From the NCBI RefSeq assembly GCF_964355755.1, contig NC_092679.1:19513432-19577431 (forward strand): DNA of 64,000 nt. The letters run 5' to 3'. The translations under genes and the position numbers were made by a program. Of this stretch, positions 32,882-47,200 are shown piece by piece (position 1 is the stretch's first letter; every line of letters begins with the position of its first letter). The DNA comes from Antedon mediterranea (taxonomy: Eukaryota > Animalia > Echinodermata). The notes under the pieces were generated by a model that worked only from the letters and a program-made list of their open reading frames with translations, did no database searches and was not told the DNA's origin.

Positions 32882-35800
32882 TTTATAAATTTTTTTGCTA
32901 TTGATTAATGTAATTCAGGTAATAAATATTTCGCCAGTGAGAACTCAATTGTTTAATATTGATGTCGATTTTATACAAAATTATGGATTTTGCCTATTTA
33001 AAAAAAAAACATTTATTGGGCTCAGTATTAAAACAAGATGATACTTCTCCTTATAGAATACAGTAATGTTCTCTCTTTAATTTCAAATTGATAATTATTA
33101 GAAATAGAGTAGACACTCTATTAAAGGGACCCAACAGAGTTCCTCCTAAAGAGTTAGATGTAGTGTTGCTCTCATTTATTGCATGTGAATTTGTCCCCTT
33201 AATACGAAATGACCCAAAGAACGAGTTTTACTTAAAATAACTTTAAAATAATAGAAGTATCGTAATAAAGAAAAAATATATATTGAGACTCTTAATAATA
33301 TTAATAATGATAGTGATTATTTTATGTTTGATAACAGTCATATAATATACTACAGTACATAAAATATGGTTTTTCTTTAGCCTACTACTTCCATCCTGGA
33401 AATGGCTGGATGTGGTTAAAAGATAGTTCCTTTACAGGCTACTGCTTTACCATACTGCATTGAAAGCATTAGTTTTCCTCTTAAAGGTCATGTCTATGTC
33501 AGTAAAGAATCATGCAAAATTAGGTCAAGTTTGAGATCTGAACGAATAATAAGGATACAAAAAATCGCAGTTACAGCAAATTCTGAATTGGTGCAATATT
33601 TATTCATTTATTTTGTTACAAAATTTATTACCCTAGTTTGTTTCACAGGAAAGTGTCCATTGAATGTGTATTGGCCAATATTTCCCCTTCACATAGAAAA
33701 GTGTCTGTATAATGTGTGTCCCATAAATATGGGTTTGCTGTAGTAGTGTTTATATTGCCCCTTAATATTATTTTAATTATTGACCCTTGTTCATTTAGCA
33801 AAAAAATCTTATTAATAAGAATTTCCCAAAGTTGGCTACTGTATTTTAAAGTTTAGATTTATTTAATAATTTTTAGATTTATTAAATATGGATGATTCAT
33901 TTATAGCATCCTTATCTATCATTACATCTTTATAAATTGTTTAAATTAGAGGAAATAAAATTAATATATAATTTAACAGTAACGGAAAACAATAATAAAA
34001 AATATAACATGCCGAAAGGAGATTTTTGTATTAATTATTTAAATGTTATTGAATTTAGTTTGAACTACGCTTTTAAAAAGTAGTACACGGGTTATAAACT
34101 ATAGCTCTTAATTAAACCTTATCAAAACTAGATACTATTTTTAAATGGCATGATTTTTAAAGTTCAAGTTTTTATTTTTAAATCTGCAAAATTGTATCAA
34201 AATACGTGATCTCATGGTAACAATTCCAAGTCACATAGACTCACTCATGATTAAGCTGCATCATTGAACCAGCGAAAGCTAGAGCAAAAACATATGTTTT
34301 ATTCTCTTTGGATCATCCAAAAGAAAAATTATTTGATTACTAAATCAGAAACCTAGGATAATTTTCTCAGCTGTTTTGTAGACAGTGTTACATTTGATTT
34401 TAACTGGGAAATGATAAAGCCACGTCACTGAATTCAGGTCAGTTTAGTATTAATCTCTGTCTACACTATCAAACTTTATGTGACAAAAAAATGCAATGTG
34501 CCCATATATGGACATGATGATGTTTGATAATGTAGACAGAGCTTTAGATTTTCATTGTACAATTCATTTTGATAATTGTATGCAGATCTCAAGTGTACTA
34601 TGAATTAGACTAATCAGACATCTTAATTAACCGCTCAGACAATTTTGGAAGTAATTTGCATAACTAATCTGCTCCGATTATGTCATCAAAATGTATTTTG
34701 AATTGATATTTGATTAAGATCAGTACATTTTATCATTATATCACACTTAATATACTTTAGACAGAGAAGAAATTCTGCAGTAAAATGCCCGGTGATAGAA
34801 TGAAAATTAAATATATGAGAATGAGGAAAAAATGCCCAAACTGAGATTTGAACTTAGAACCTTCTGCTTAATATGCATGTGTCCTAACCATTAGACCATT
34901 GAGGTTTTCATTGATATTTTTAGAATTTGATTTGATAGCGACTCAGACTTTTTAACACCATCAGTATGGTACAGCAAAACATCTACATTTTTATTTATTT
35001 CTTTCTCCCAGCCAATAATGTTAAATCATGCTTCAGTCAATTTTGTTCACTATCACTGATTTAACATTCTTAATGCTTAATTTATTTGATAATTTATTTA
35101 ATAACATTATCAGTCGGATGGTTTCCAATTTCTCTCTACATTAAACATTCATCAAAAGTGTAGTAAATTGTACATTTTACAGTAATATTCACTAGCCTGT
35201 ACCATACTATATTTCAATCTTTTAGCACATCAGCGGTTTAGTACTCTAGGTTAGTTTTGTATAACGCAACACAAAATGTACAGTATGTAAACAGCAATCG
35301 GGAAAGTATATCTTTGGTGATAATATTAATTATGCGTAATATTGGGCGTTTCTCAGAAACATCCACACAATACATTGAGTATTAATTCACAATAAAATCA
35401 ATTTTACATAAAGAATATGTTTTTCTTTTGTCATTCGTTTAATATTGATTCACATTTTGTTGAGTTATCGTTAACAAAATTAGGATGAGCCAACAAGATA
35501 ATACATCATTGTTTACCTGGAAAATAACATTATCATTGTTAGATTTAATTTGATTCATCATAGAACTATGTACGGAAGCCAAATACAGGGCCGTAGCCAC
35601 CAGTATGGTTGGTAAGGTTTCAACCTGACCACTTTTTCACAGAAGCCTATTGACATGACAACTCTGTGGCTTCAACAGGAATGGTTTACTTTTCTTGCGA
35701 AAACCGCACTACTTTCTTGTGGCTACTGTACATCACTGAAATAAGATAATTAGATTTTTTTTAAAGTAGAACAAGTGTTCAAATGTTTTTATTACAGTAT

Positions 35801-37872
35801 AGTAAAACTTCTCATAAATGAACGAGAGAATATATTTTAACAATATAGAAAAATAATAGTGGGTTAGATTGCATTACAATCAAAATATTGTACTAATTAA
35901 TACTATTCTTCCACAAGAAATTAGGCCTAAGCTCTGTCTACACTCTCAAACTGTAGAAAGTGTGATGTATCTAAATATTGTAGTGATATGCCCAAATATG
36001 GAAGTGATACAGTATGACATCATCACATCACTTTTGTTTTGTCACATCAAGTTTGATAGTGTAGACAGAGCTTTAGGGCATATTTTATTTTAGGATAATT
36101 ATTACAGGATGCTGTGAGAAATGTATATCTTCACCAGACGAAAACACATTAAATATATAAAAATAAATCTATAACATTCCTTATTCATTCAATGAAAGCC
36201 CAACCCAAATAATTAATGTAATGATACCCATACAGCATATCCTGGCTTGTTGTGTTACACAGTGCTATAAGTATTGACTCAGCCACACTATATTCTATGT
36301 ATGTTCACTGGGATGTTATGATAGTTGATTTTACCATTGATTTCTGATTCTCTTTTCAGGTTTGTTGTTCCTTACTACTGATGTTGTGAGTACTAGTTCT
36401 ATACTATAGGTAATTATATTTATTATCTTTATTTTATTTCAAACTATTTCTAATATTGATTGTGAGGACATTCAATTCAATTCAATTCAACTTCAAGAAA
36501 ATGAGGTAAACATAATAAATAATAAAATTAATAACAAGGCAATTGCTGATAAAAAAAAGTATACATTAATCAATAAGAGGATTAAGGGGGTCATGTTAAA
36601 ATTATTTTGCTGCAGTAACTAAATTTTTACTGCAATAATGTATGAGTTTAATTTGTGATTAATATAGAAGTTTATGAGCCCAATGATGTGATAAGGCAGG
36701 TTTGTGATACATTATTCTGTTAATTATAAAGGTACAGTATTTAAGAACAACTATCTAAAGATGTGTCTGCACTTTTAAAGTTTATGTGACAACAAAATGT
36801 GGTATGCCCATATATGGACAAGATGTCATATCACTACCTTGTTTGGGCATATCACTACCATATTAGGTTACAACACACTTCTGTTGTCAAACTAGTTTGA
36901 CATGGTAGACAGAGCTTTAGATGCCAACTATAAAAGAGGTAAGATGGATCTTTATGTGTTCTCTCCTTTTCCAGTGTACTGTTGATGAGATCATTACCAA
37001 TATGTAAACCCTGCGCAAAGAGAGAGTGTCCGTAATATTTTTGAGAGTGACCGTAGCACCATCAACATAGAAATTGTCAAAAAAACAAGACATTTTGACA
37101 AACTTTATCACCGAACTCGCAAATCTACATTTTTCATTATTCTAATTAGCAGAAACAGTAAATATTTTGTAAGATCCTCATTTTTATAGTTTTTTTGTAT
37201 TTCAGTTTAAAAGCGAGTCTTTAATCAGCTGATTTATGTCAAACGGTCAGGGACATAATTATTAAAAACCCTTTGTCATAATCATAATTGTCACTTCCCC
37301 TCAGTGGACAGTCGATAATTTCTCTTTCTTTTGAACTAGTCCCATGTTTTACTAGCCTATATCTTTTTTGCTTCCTAATTCTTTTCCGTATTTCTATGTG
37401 ATATTATAATTATAAAGACTTGCTCATTGAGAACTGACGGAGAGAGAACATAAAGAAAAGGTAAAGGTGTCAATTTATATGCAGATATTAATGTTCCAGC
37501 TAACTATAAATAACTTGTATTAATAGCTTATATTCACGGTTTCCTGTACTTCATATTGATCAAGACTTATTGTACATGGAAATATTTACAATAATATCTC
37601 ATTTTAAAATTGCGTTGTGACTATAATGAAAATGTACCAATTTACAACCTATGATAGAGATAAAAATAATTTTTTTACACACTTATGCAAGCAAATGTAC
37701 AATTAAGGGTTACATTTTGTACGTAATATGTTAAATTTTAAACTGACCTTATTAAAATGTACCTATTTACATTCCATGGTGAAGTAAAGAGAAAGAAAAA
37801 AAAAAGCAGTCTCAATAGTTGACATTAAAGACAAGTATATTGAAAGATTGCAATGATCTTTTTACTCACTTA

Positions 37873-38093
37873 AGCGTGGTTCCCACTAGCGACGCAACGC
37901 AAGGACGTAACGCAACGCAAGTGAATTGACCAATCACAAGCGATGACTTATTCGCTTGTGATTGCTAACTGTCTATAACTTTGCTGGTCACTGGTTAAAA
38001 CGCTTGCGTTGCATTTACGTCCTTGCGTTACGTTCTAGTGGGAATCAAGCTTTAGTTTACGTCCTTGCGTTACGTTCTAGTGGGAATCAAGCT
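37873..38093. mobile_element. Harbinger-like MITE, family B, with tandemly duplicated right end
   Basis: AGCGTGGTTCCCACTAG ... CTAGTGGGAATCAAGCT (twice); TTA/TAA flanks. Confidence 0.8.
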
Positions 38094-38133
38094 TAAAGCA
38101 AGCAAATGTATTAAGGGTTTTATTTTGTGTGTA

Positions 38134-38635
38134 CAGTAGAACCTGTGTTTTACGTACCCTAATTTTACGTTCCCTGGATTTTACGTACCCTGGATTTTAC
38201 GTATGCTTAAAATAACCAATGACGTCATCATTTTCTTACATTGAGGGCATTTTCAAACAAAGCCATGGCTGTGTAAGGAATTCTGCTGTGTAAGACAAGC
38301 TACACACGTGCATTCCTCCTACAGCAGCGACCGTTTTTATTGATAGAAAATACAAGAACATTATTGATATTAAGCGCACAGGCTGTATATACTGTGTACT
38401 TTTTTAGTTAGGCCTCACATCTTGCTAGGCCTGCTAGCCTGGACTGAATAGTCTAGGCAAGGCCTAGCTAGTGACCACCTGCATGCTGTACAGTAAAGTA
38501 GGCAAACACGGTAGCCTTTATAGCTACGATCTCTACATATTTGGGGTCAATTTAAGGTCAACCTTGATTTTACGAATCTCTTGTTTTACGTACGCCTTTC
38601 GGTCCCGTACCGTACGTAAAATGAAGGTTCTACTG
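38134..38635. mobile_element. Tc1/mariner (pogo/Tigger-like) MITE
   Basis: TA|CAGTAGAACCT..TTTTACGTAC ... GTACGTAAAA..AGGTTCTACTG|TA. Confidence 0.88.
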
Positions 38636-39419
38636 TAATAGGTTACATTTTTGTTGTATCCATGACCTTATTAAAATGTACCTATTTACACTCCATGGTG
38701 AATTAAGGAGAAAGAAACAGAAATATCAGTTGTTGTTTACATTATTGGTTTCATTGTCCGACCTAATTTGATGACTTGTTATACTAATTGTACGATGAAT
38801 TGTTTCCCCGATTTGCGCAAGGGATATGGAAAATCTCCGTCGATTAGCTTATGTATCACTTCATTTCCTGGAAATCCAAGGGCAATCCTTTAGGAATTTA
38901 TTTGAATTGTATTCAATTGTCATTATAGAATTAAGAATTTTGGTTTATTAGTCTGGGAAATTAAAATGATAATTTAACATTCATGTATACATGTAGAAAG
39001 CAATGTTAAGTTAATGATTTAATTCTAGATAACCTTGTAAAAGGGGTGAACCTTGTTATGTGTCAATTCGCACAATCGCAAGGAAAGACAAACATAGATA
39101 ATGTTGGTTTTATTACTATATTTTTTATCTTTCAGATTTGATTGGACAATACTGTATTTCGATAACTGACAAGAAGATAAAAAGTGTATAACCATGTAAG
39201 TAAATTGTTTGTGGAATGCACTATATGAATATAACATTAATAGGGTTGTCCCCTAAATAGGGGTGTCACAAATAAACCTGATTGACGAAAATGTTTGAGG
39301 AGCACCTCATTTCAGTATCTTACCATCATGGCCTAAAGCAGCCACATTTTAAAACTGACTACTTTAATAATAATATTCGTTTATATATAGTGCTTATTAC
39401 ACTGCTTCTAAGCGCTTCA

Positions 39420-39655
39420 TATTATTACCCTAGTCATTTTTTTTAATGAAACATTTTTTGGAAACTCCCATAATGCAGCTAGTAATCAGCGCAAAGTTGT
39501 ATTTTGATGTAACTGGGTACCAATTTATACACCTGGGTGGAGAGAGGCAAACATAAGTAAAGTATCTTGCATAATGATAAAAGCAATGCGACGAGAGTTG
39601 GATTCGAACCACGATCTCATGATCAGTAGTCTAAGGTCCAACACTGTGCTACACA
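39420..39655 (-). mobile_element. tRNA-derived SINE-like fragment
   Basis: Minus strand carries B-box GGTTCGAATCC; body ACCAATTTATACACCTGGGTGGAGAGAGGCA on plus. Confidence 0.55.
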
Positions 39656-41239
39656 CCCTCTTTCCATGGTAAATTTAACACTGGAGAGGTTTAAATTGGG
39701 AGATGAAAAAATGAAAAGGTTTAATTTATATCAGTGATCAGTGACACAAGAGACACACCAAATCAATTACCAATTATAAAATTGATTGATTTGGTTAATA
39801 TTCTTAAATAGTACCACAATTGGATAATCTTTAAGCTAATCCCTGCTTTGACCATTTGACCAATTTGAAATTTGACCACAGACTCTCTCATTCGTTATTA
39901 ATTAATTCGTAGGTTTTATCCCTAGACAAATTAAAACTCTTGCGTTTCTCGTTTGACCAATGCTCAATAGAAATCTTGTGAAATTTAAGATTGTCTGTTT
40001 ATGATTAACTCTATTACTACGTTATTACTTCGTTAAGAAGGCTTTGACATTTTATCATTATATTCCAATCTTGTGAAATTTGAATCAAATTTACAGTTGA
40101 AGTAATAGACATACTTTATTTTATGGAACCGCTAACCAGTGGCATTAATGCATGGGTCAAAAATAGAACCAAGAAAAAACGATGAACGTATAATGTATAA
40201 ATATTAGCAGTCCGGCTCAATCACTGTTATCATTATTTATGTTCAACTTTAACGATTCGAAAATTCAACGCAACTAGCCATAGCGTTATGTAGCCTGGAA
40301 AACAGGCTTTAGTTGCCCTCCAATACCAGGTAGTTGCATTTAGGATTCTCATGCTCTGAAGCCCCTGGGTTTAGCCAGTGAATGCTCATAATTGTAACAT
40401 TACCATGCAGATGCATGTATAAGCCAACCCTAGGCTAAAAAGCACACCCCAACTTTAAATCAATGTCCGTATCTTTGTGTGTATATTCCCACACACCAAA
40501 CCTCACTAAATTATTTATCAACTGTCTTTATGAAAAAAAAAAAACTCAAGTAGACGATGATACAGTTATGAATGTGATTATATTAATTTATTCAAATTCA
40601 TCTTTTGTAAACATATGATATTAATTATTAAATTCAAATGTAAACAAACGCCAATATAAAACTAAAATACTGTACACCACAATTATTGTTTAAACTCAAG
40701 TTGACGATGATACAGTTATGAATGTGTTGTATTCATTTTTATTCAAATTCATCTTTTGTAAACATATGACATTAATTGTTAAATTCAACTGTAGACAAAC
40801 TAAAATATTACCACAATTATTGTCTAAATGATGTAATTATCATATTTGTTATTATACTTATTAATTATGCATGTATTTGACATATTGTGTTAACAAATCA
40901 AATATTGCATTAAGTTTGTTAAGAATTGTTGAATATGTGACATTAGATTGTTGAGGCTACGGATTATCACACTAAAATGTATTTGAATCGTAAAATATAC
41001 CTGAATGTGCTCTACTCTTATTGAGAGCGTATTATACTAATAGTGCCTGCAGCATGTAAAGGGACAATTTGAGATCATACATTTTCGGGGAAAAAATCTT
41101 TATCTGACACTATCATCTATTTAAATTTAACTTGTTCTTTCTAAGTAAAGCTTATTGAACCTTTTTTTTTTCCAGATGCAGCGTAAACAACAAATTCTTT
41201 GATCGTTTTTGAGTGATGAGCCGATAACTGTCTGCAGCT

Positions 41240-44200
41240 ATGTCTTCTGTTTGGAAAAGATTACAGCGGGTCGGGAAACGGGCTGCAAAGTTTAAGTTTA
41301 CCTGCTCATACCATGAACTGCAACTCAAAGCAACTAAGAAATGGTAAGTTTTTAGTTGTATAAAATTGTTTTACATCCTCCCCACCCACCCTCTATTAAA
41401 ATTATCATGCCTTGCTCCCTGAAATAGGAACAAATATTAATAATATTATTATTATAATATTCATTCAGATGAATACAGGTAGCTGTTCATTTTGTCAGAA
41501 ACATAATATTATTAAAGGCTATCCATAATAGTAAGAATAGCACTTTTCATAGCACCTTGTTGCAATAGGTGTCCATTTAAGGGCCCCCTAAGGCACTATA
41601 AAAATGGTTGTGAGCAAGCTGTACAGTATGAAAACAAGTAGTTTGTTACAGTGATGATAGTGCGTATCCAACTGATGTATTTAATAGGTATCGAAAATAA
41701 AAGGAGTTAACAATTTATAAAAATTAAAGTGAAATGAGTAATTTTGAAATTGTTATTTCATAGTAAGATTATATTATGTATTGTAAGGTGACTTTCAATA
41801 AAGTGACATTCTGTAAGGTAACATTCTATAAGGTGATATATTCTGTAAATGACATTCTGTAAGGTGACATTCTATAAGGTGATATATTCTGTAACTGACA
41901 TTCTATAAGGTGACATTCTATAAGGTGATATATTCTGTAACTGACATTCTGTGTAAGGTAACATTCTATAAGGTGATATTCTGTAAATGACATTCTGTAT
42001 TAGGTGACATTCTGTGAGGTGATATTCTGTGAGGTGACATTCTGTGAGGTGATATTCTGTAACTGACATTCTCTAAGGTGACATTATATAATGTGATTTA
42101 TTCTGTAACTGACATTCTGTAAGGTGACATTATATAAGGTAATATTCTGTAAGTGACATTCTGTAACTGACATTCTCTAATGTGATAGTCTGTAACTGAC
42201 ATTCTGTAAGGTGACATTCTAAAAGGTGACATTCTATAATGTGATCTGTAACTGACATTCTGTAAGGTGACATTCTCTAAGGTGACATTCTATAAGGTGA
42301 TATTCTGTAGCTGACATTCTGTAAGGTGACATTCTATAAGGTGACTTTCTGTATGTGACATTTTATAATGTGATTTTCTGTAACTGACATTCTGTAAGGT
42401 GACACTCTATAACGTAATATTCTGTAAGGTGACATTTATTCTACAATATAAGGTGATATTCTGTCAACTGACATTATAAAATGTAAAACTCTGTAAAGTT
42501 GAAATTCTGTAAGAGTGTGTTTCTTCTCAGTAACACCAGACAACACATTCAGCTGAAATTAACAGTTATTTTACAGTGCATTCACATTTTTACTACAAAA
42601 AATAATAATTTTCAGTTTTTATAGTCCTTTTATTTATTTATTGTTTGGGTTTCATCTGTCAGAATTGCTTTCTCATTTATTATGTCAAGCTAAATAGCAG
42701 CTCAGGAAGTGCAGAATTCTATGAAACTGTTTGTCATTACATCCGAGTATATCCCCAACCCATATTTATAAATGATATAATTTGTGACAAAAGACGAAAT
42801 AGACACTCTTTAGAGCACACATCTGCTTTTGAATATGAATTAAATATTGTCCAACATTTGTTGTTCCTTTTCAAATATGTAGTAATGTTTAACAATCAAC
42901 TTCACGTGGCTAAACCAATCTGCGCCTTGTGATACCTTCCGCAAATTTGACAACTTTTTTTTTTCAATTGCAAAACTTGGCAAGGAAGCTATCACATTGT
43001 TTATTTATCTGTGAGCATGTGCAGAAGGTTGTTATGCTCTATCGCTTTATTTGGTGCTGTGTTGTGCCTAGTATTTCATAAAAATCTTGCTTCTGTCTAT
43101 TTTCATTTAGGATATGACTCACCGTAGGGCCTATTTTAGTATCACCTGTTTCACCCTATTTGCTGCATCTCGGTTTATGATCAATTCTAAATTTAGCTAG
43201 CCCATAATTATATCCCATGGACTTTAACACTATGCATTTACACTGTATCAATTGTTTTGTTGTTTGTTATCACTGCTAGGTATACAATACTTTACTGTAG
43301 TCCAATTGAAGCTGTATTTCCCTACAAAATACAAGGTTTCTTAAGTTTCTTTAATGTTCTCCTGCCGACCTAAAAACTACTAAAGGCCGACGCTATCTCA
43401 AGACGAATTGTCTCGTCAGGATTCAACTCAGACAGCACCAACGAGTCAAGATGTCGGGCATCGTCGTTTTGTAGATATAGGAGAATATGGTATACTGTTA
43501 CGTGTTATGGAACATTATTGTTTTGTGACATAATATACAAATAATGAATGTTTATGAGTGGAATGGTACAAATAATGAATGTTTATGAGTGGAATGGTAC
43601 AAATAATGAATGTTTATGAGTGGAATGGTACAAATAATGAATGTTTATGAGTGGAATGGTACAAATAATTAATGTTTATGAGTGGAATGGTACAAATAAT
43701 GAATGTTTATGAGTGGAATGGTACAAATAATACCTTAAATTTAAAGCACTTCTTTTTAATCAACCTGCGTACATTAGTCAATTAATCACCATTTATGTTC
43801 CTGGACGGACTCTTAGATCATCTGATGATATCTTACTCTCTGTTCCACGCATAGCTACTAAAACTTTGATCATAGATCGTTTTCTTTTGCAGCACCCACA
43901 CTCTGGAATTCACTCCCCGCACAAATTAAACACTGCTCTTCTGTTGCCTTATTTAAAAAATTGCTCAAAACTTATTTTTTCGACCTCTAACATACATAGC
44001 GCCATTGATTTTGTACCTCGGTCTTTGAATTGACGCTTTATAAATTTTGATATTATAATAATAATAATTACAAACTTCGCCAGGCAACTGAAACTGATCT
44101 AGACTAATTATGTTTTTTTTCAACGATTCCATGTCTTGTAGAGTGTTTCCCATTAATTAATCAAAATCACACAAACGATAAATTAGTACATATCTCTCTA

Positions 44201-47200
44201 AAAATATGAGATTATCATCGTGGCGAAAATACAAAAAAGCAGCACTGTTTGATTTCTAAAGTAATGCTTTTATTCAACAAATATTTTCTGTAACCAAAAA
44301 AGATTTTTTTTCCGTACACGACAAAAAAAAAACGATTGTTAAATAGTGCGTACTATTGCACGCCATGTGACCCACAATCGTCCAATCAAATTACATGAAT
44401 TTATTTAGGTGTTATATAAAAAATAATAATGATGTTTAATTAATGTTCATAATGCAGCAGTTTCCATTGGAATGTACTCCAACACTGTTGAATTATGTCT
44501 GTTGGAATTTGTACCAAGTGCAGTGAATAATTTAACTCTACTACTCCCTGTAATAATATGATTAGCATGGAAATTAAAGCACTTACTGTATCTCAGGAGA
44601 GTTTAGTAAGTGTTTTGGTACCTTTTGACAATTTCAAACACCTTAAAGTGCATTTTGTCACATTTGTAAAATGTTTGTTTATAAGAATACCAACAGGGTG
44701 CACGGTGATGTTGATAATTAAACTTTAAACACCTATTTTACGTAATAGACTACCTTAGTGAATATTTGACCCATTGGGCATAAATATTGTTACATGGGTG
44801 GAAACAAAACTTGGAAAATGTTCGCTCTTTATCACCTCTGACCTGCTGACTCCTGGGTCATCAAAATCTATAATCTTTTATATTGTCAAAAAAAACAGAT
44901 CAGAGATTATTTTTATTTTTTTTTTATTTATTCAACTTCCCACTAACAGGATCGGGACCAACAGGTGGTAAACACCTCTAAAAACGGTCATGTTGTAAAA
45001 TAGGTTACAACCATACCCTATTTTTTTCTGTTGTCATTATTTAATTTTCTGTATAATATTAAAACTATCCTATAGTATAAATATAGTAATATAATTATAG
45101 TAGTGTTTGTGAGGAAAAGCAAAATTGGAAGTGAGCCCTCTGTTGGTGAAACTCTCAAACCACTAGCTGAAAATGTGTCTATAAAACGTCTAAAGACATT
45201 GAGAAAGTACTTTCTATGGATTAGTACCAACTTATTGTTTTAACTCAACTTATTTTCGTTTAAAGATTAATCATCAATGCATTTTTAAAGGATATAACAT
45301 ATATTTGTATTTTACTTTTAATAATTCTGTACTGTATATACAGTGGAACCCTACTAATAGTGGGGTGCCTTAGGGTCAAAAACGTTACACGGATGACAAA
45401 GTTTTCAAATTTTGCACATATGTTCACTTGGACATACAGATTAAAAAAATCACTGTAGCCAAGAAAAAAAATGTATTTTATGACCATATTTGGAGTATTT
45501 TCAAAATGGCCGCCAAAACAAAATGATGGTCCATATCTTAGTAACCGGTAGGGGTACAGAGTTCATTTTAGTGTTAAATTGCTTAGAACACATATGTTTC
45601 TATTCACTCTAATACAACATTTTGTTAGAAAATGGCCGGAATCATCATTTCCGGAATTGTGACCTTTGACCCTAGTATGGTCATATCTCGATAACTACTG
45701 ACAGTAGAAACATGAGGTTGGTCTTAAAATATTCACAATATACATGTTAGTATTTGGTCTAACGAACTATTTTTCCCAAAAGTGACTGGAAATCATAATA
45801 TTGACCTTTGACCCGATAACCTCAAATTTCGTTACTGAATGCGCATAACATCAAAATATTGGGCTTAAATTGTCAAAAATGTATATTTTTGTATTAATTA
45901 AGGTAATGACTGAATTTGTCAATTGACCAGAAGTAATTATATTAACTTTTGACTTAAATTTTGTTTTATATCACTACAACATTGGCAGTAAATCGTCAAA
46001 CACTTATTTTTCACGCAATACATTGTTTTCTCAACAAATTTAAACAATTACTTTTTCATATGATATGTTTGTTTAGAATGATTCAGATTGTTGTATCTAG
46101 AGATATGGCCTACCTGGTTATGTGTAGAGGAATGTTACATTTTACTATGCGTGATTACATTTCCAGATTATTTTCTGCAAGTTGTAAGCTTCAATAAATT
46201 AATATAACTGTTTTGCAGTGTATTATATTTACAGTTTACACTTCTTCATTTTATATTTCAAACCTCAGTTATTAAAAAATAAAATAAATAAATAATAATA
46301 ATAAGTATTAACTATGTCTTAGAAATAATAAATTCTGACACGGATCGTCTGTATTCAATTACGAGTAATATTATCTGGGACATTTGCAGCTGCACAGTTC
46401 TGTACAAGGGAGGTTGGATTTGGCACATTTGCAAGTCACACAACCACGGTCAGATTTGCAGCCACATTTGATAAGTTCATTGCAGGCCTTGGCTGCTTCT
46501 GGTTTAGTCATCCAAACTGGCTTCCAATGTGTGTCTTCTAATGTCCAACCCCAATCTTCTGGAGTAGGAATAGTTGGTTCAGCATTCTGACAAGTGGTCC
46601 ATATACCTCCTTGATATATGGCTCTTTTCACATAAGTAATGCATCCTACAATATAAATGTAATATAATGTACAAACAATGCTGTTTAGTTGAATAAAAAA
46701 AAGTATGCACTAAGTATAAGTTTAATTGTATTCCAACCATTCAATTTTAATTACCTGGGTGGGTGGAACATGAGCAATATCCTTGTTCTTCTGTGAAAAC
46801 ATATTTCGACGGGCTTCATTTACTGATAATGATATGCTGCTTTTGTTGTATAGAAGAATAGTGAGCCGCTCAATATGTTTGAAGTTGAGAGAAAGACAGT
46901 CAACTTGTTGAAAAGGATGTCTGTACATGGAAAGAAATGCCTCTGTTGCCTCTGGAAATGATTTCCATGCTTTCCAAGCACTCTTCTTACTCTTACCGAA
47001 AAATGAGGATGTAGTGTCACAACCTGAAAAAGCATGGAAAAGTGGAAGGGCGCATGCCATGCTTTCACCTAGATGTCTACACATGTTGTTGATGTTATAG
47101 TAACAGAAGTGATTACCAGTGCCGAATGCAACCCACAGTTTCAGTTCAGGAAATCGATGGCAAAGATTGAAAAATTGACCAATTAGAATGATGATAATGT

